A DNA stretch of 64,000 nt from Lingula anatina (Eukaryota > Animalia > Brachiopoda): contig CM120640.1 in the NCBI GenBank assembly GCA_051362555.1, forward strand, positions 14,880,001 through 14,944,000, written 5' to 3'. Below are positions 62,229 to 64,000 of this stretch, in pieces. Under the pieces are notes generated by a model. That model was not told where the DNA came from. It saw only the letters and a list, made by a program, of their open reading frames with translations, and searched no databases. The translations under genes and the position numbers were made by a program. Within the stretch, counting starts at the first letter, position 1. Every line of letters starts with the position of its first letter.

Positions 62229-64000
62229 ATTAGGTTAATGATTACTCAGTCACATTTTCAATAATTTCAGGTATTTTTTGTTTCATATCATATCTACTAA
62301 TTTACACTCACTGAATACTAAAAACATTTTTTCCTTCTGGATTTTTTCACCAACAGTTGTCATATGAGATGCAAATTCTTTACAAGTGCCCATGTTCTTG
62401 TTTTATTTCACTGCAGCTGAGACTTACAAAAAGTTGACAAAGATTCATGTAGTGTGTGTGTATAAAATGTGTGTGGGTGACACAGTATACATTCATGAAA
62501 TATGAAACTGTTGCTGGGTACACCCAATATTATTTCATTTTAGGTGTATTCAATCATTTTGAACCTTGAAAAGTGCTTGAATTTAGTTTTTAACCTGGAT
62601 GCATAAAGGCAGTAATTCACAGGAAGGGGAGACATTCCTTTTTGGACATTATTTAATTTCTATTTTTTAATGTTTCATCACCACTGTGTATAAAATTTAA
62701 TTTAAATGATATATTACTTCCTCTTTTCTTTGTTATAGAAACTTATGAGTGACTTTACATTGCCCTCATTTGCATTAAAAGAGTCATTGAAAAGCAATTG
62801 AAATAGTCTCAAAATTCTTATTAAATCCTTGAATTTGTTATTAGTGTTCATGTATGAACCTTGACATTGCACACTTTAATCATAGAAAGTTACACAAACA
62901 TCCATGATAACTCACAAAAAATTTAAATAAAAAGTGAAAGGCAATGATTATCCCTAAAACTGACTTAAGAAAAAAAAAAAAAGAAAAGAAAATCTGTTTT
63001 GTGACTAAAAAGTACAAGCCACGGTTAAAATATATTTCATTGCGAATTATAAGATGTTTCTATTTGTTTACTCAAATTAAACAAACCAGTTTCCTGAAAA
63101 TAGAAGGAAATTCACTGTACAGTGCATGCAATTTTAGTTTCAGCCATAACAATTGTGATAAGAAATACAAAATACTTCTTTATCCAAAACAAAACCCAAA
63201 ATAATTCCTTATGAGCAATATATGATGGAAAGAGACATAATCTTGTTTGTGGGTGAATGTATGTGTGAGTGCATCATAAAGGAGAAAATACAGAAAAAAA
63301 TGATATGCATTTAAACTTTCAGTTATTATTACTGTTATTATTTATGATGAAATAAAAAATCATTTTATATTAATTATTATTGTAACAAGACTAAACATTT
63401 GTATTCTATGAGGAACTTAAATAATGAAATATACTTATTTCTTTGGCAAGGTTATTTTTTTTTATTTTAATTAAAATTATGGTATATACTGGTTTTATTT
63501 TCCCTTATCTTAACACTGCAGCAAGTAGATGGGACTATGCAGGGATTATATTTTGCAGTATGAATCAATTTCAAAATGAAACAGTAGCAAGAACACAGCT
63601 ATAATTGTTATGATCAAAGTGCAACCTAAGCAAGTGTCAGTTTACTCTAAATTAGAACTTACTCTGTAACTTTGTAATAAGTACAATGTTATGTAAGGAA
63701 AGCCATAAGTGGAATACTATCAAAAATGCCAATATTTACAATCTTTTACTAACTCACACATTACTAGTAAGTCTTTTTTGGTATTTAAAACAGTTTAAGT
63801 CATTTGTTTTTTTCCATCAGTGATGATTACCTCATTATTTGAACTGGATATCCTTTATTTAAATGGATAAACCAAGCCTTTTAAATTAGTTAAAATACTG
63901 TTTAAATATCTAAAATCATTCGAAAGTAGATGATAAGACATTATAATCATCACTGAATGCTCCCAATTACTTATTATTTTAAAAAAACCTACAAAATAAT

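Noticed and set aside
62027-62230. Poly-Tyr ORF, and the YIYI/THTH/SLSL ORFs elsewhere
   Set aside because: Translations of microsatellites.

Overview
This is AT-rich, intron-rich animal DNA, probably from a lophotrochozoan invertebrate (inferred from gene content and repeat types). Five spliced genes could be rebuilt by hand, each giving an open frame. (1) A ZnT1/SLC30A1-type zinc exporter, 7..6408 (+), 8 exons. (2) A 30-exon secreted mosaic protein of about 1721 aa, 9673..36271 (-): signal peptide, PAN/apple, EGF, 2x TSP1, SRCR, 21x TSP1, and a Caspr-type fibrinogen-like C-terminal domain. It shows recent exon duplications and a probable GC-AG intron. (3) An AQP11/12-type superaquaporin, 37961..39135 (-). 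(4) A VWA7-like protein with an unexpected transmembrane anchor and Cys-rich tail, 47109..54990 (+). (5) A stand-alone Reeler-domain protein with a GPI-like tail, 56942..60903 (+). The most unusual mobile element is a 2.06 kb TA-flanked Tc1/mariner-type element (40649..42704) carrying a decayed transposase and a divergently oriented BEN-domain-like cargo gene. Several MITEs, a decayed LINE endonuclease fragment, microsatellites and a tandem NF-kB-like site are also present. All models and family assignments come from reading motifs and splice sites by eye; no searches were run.
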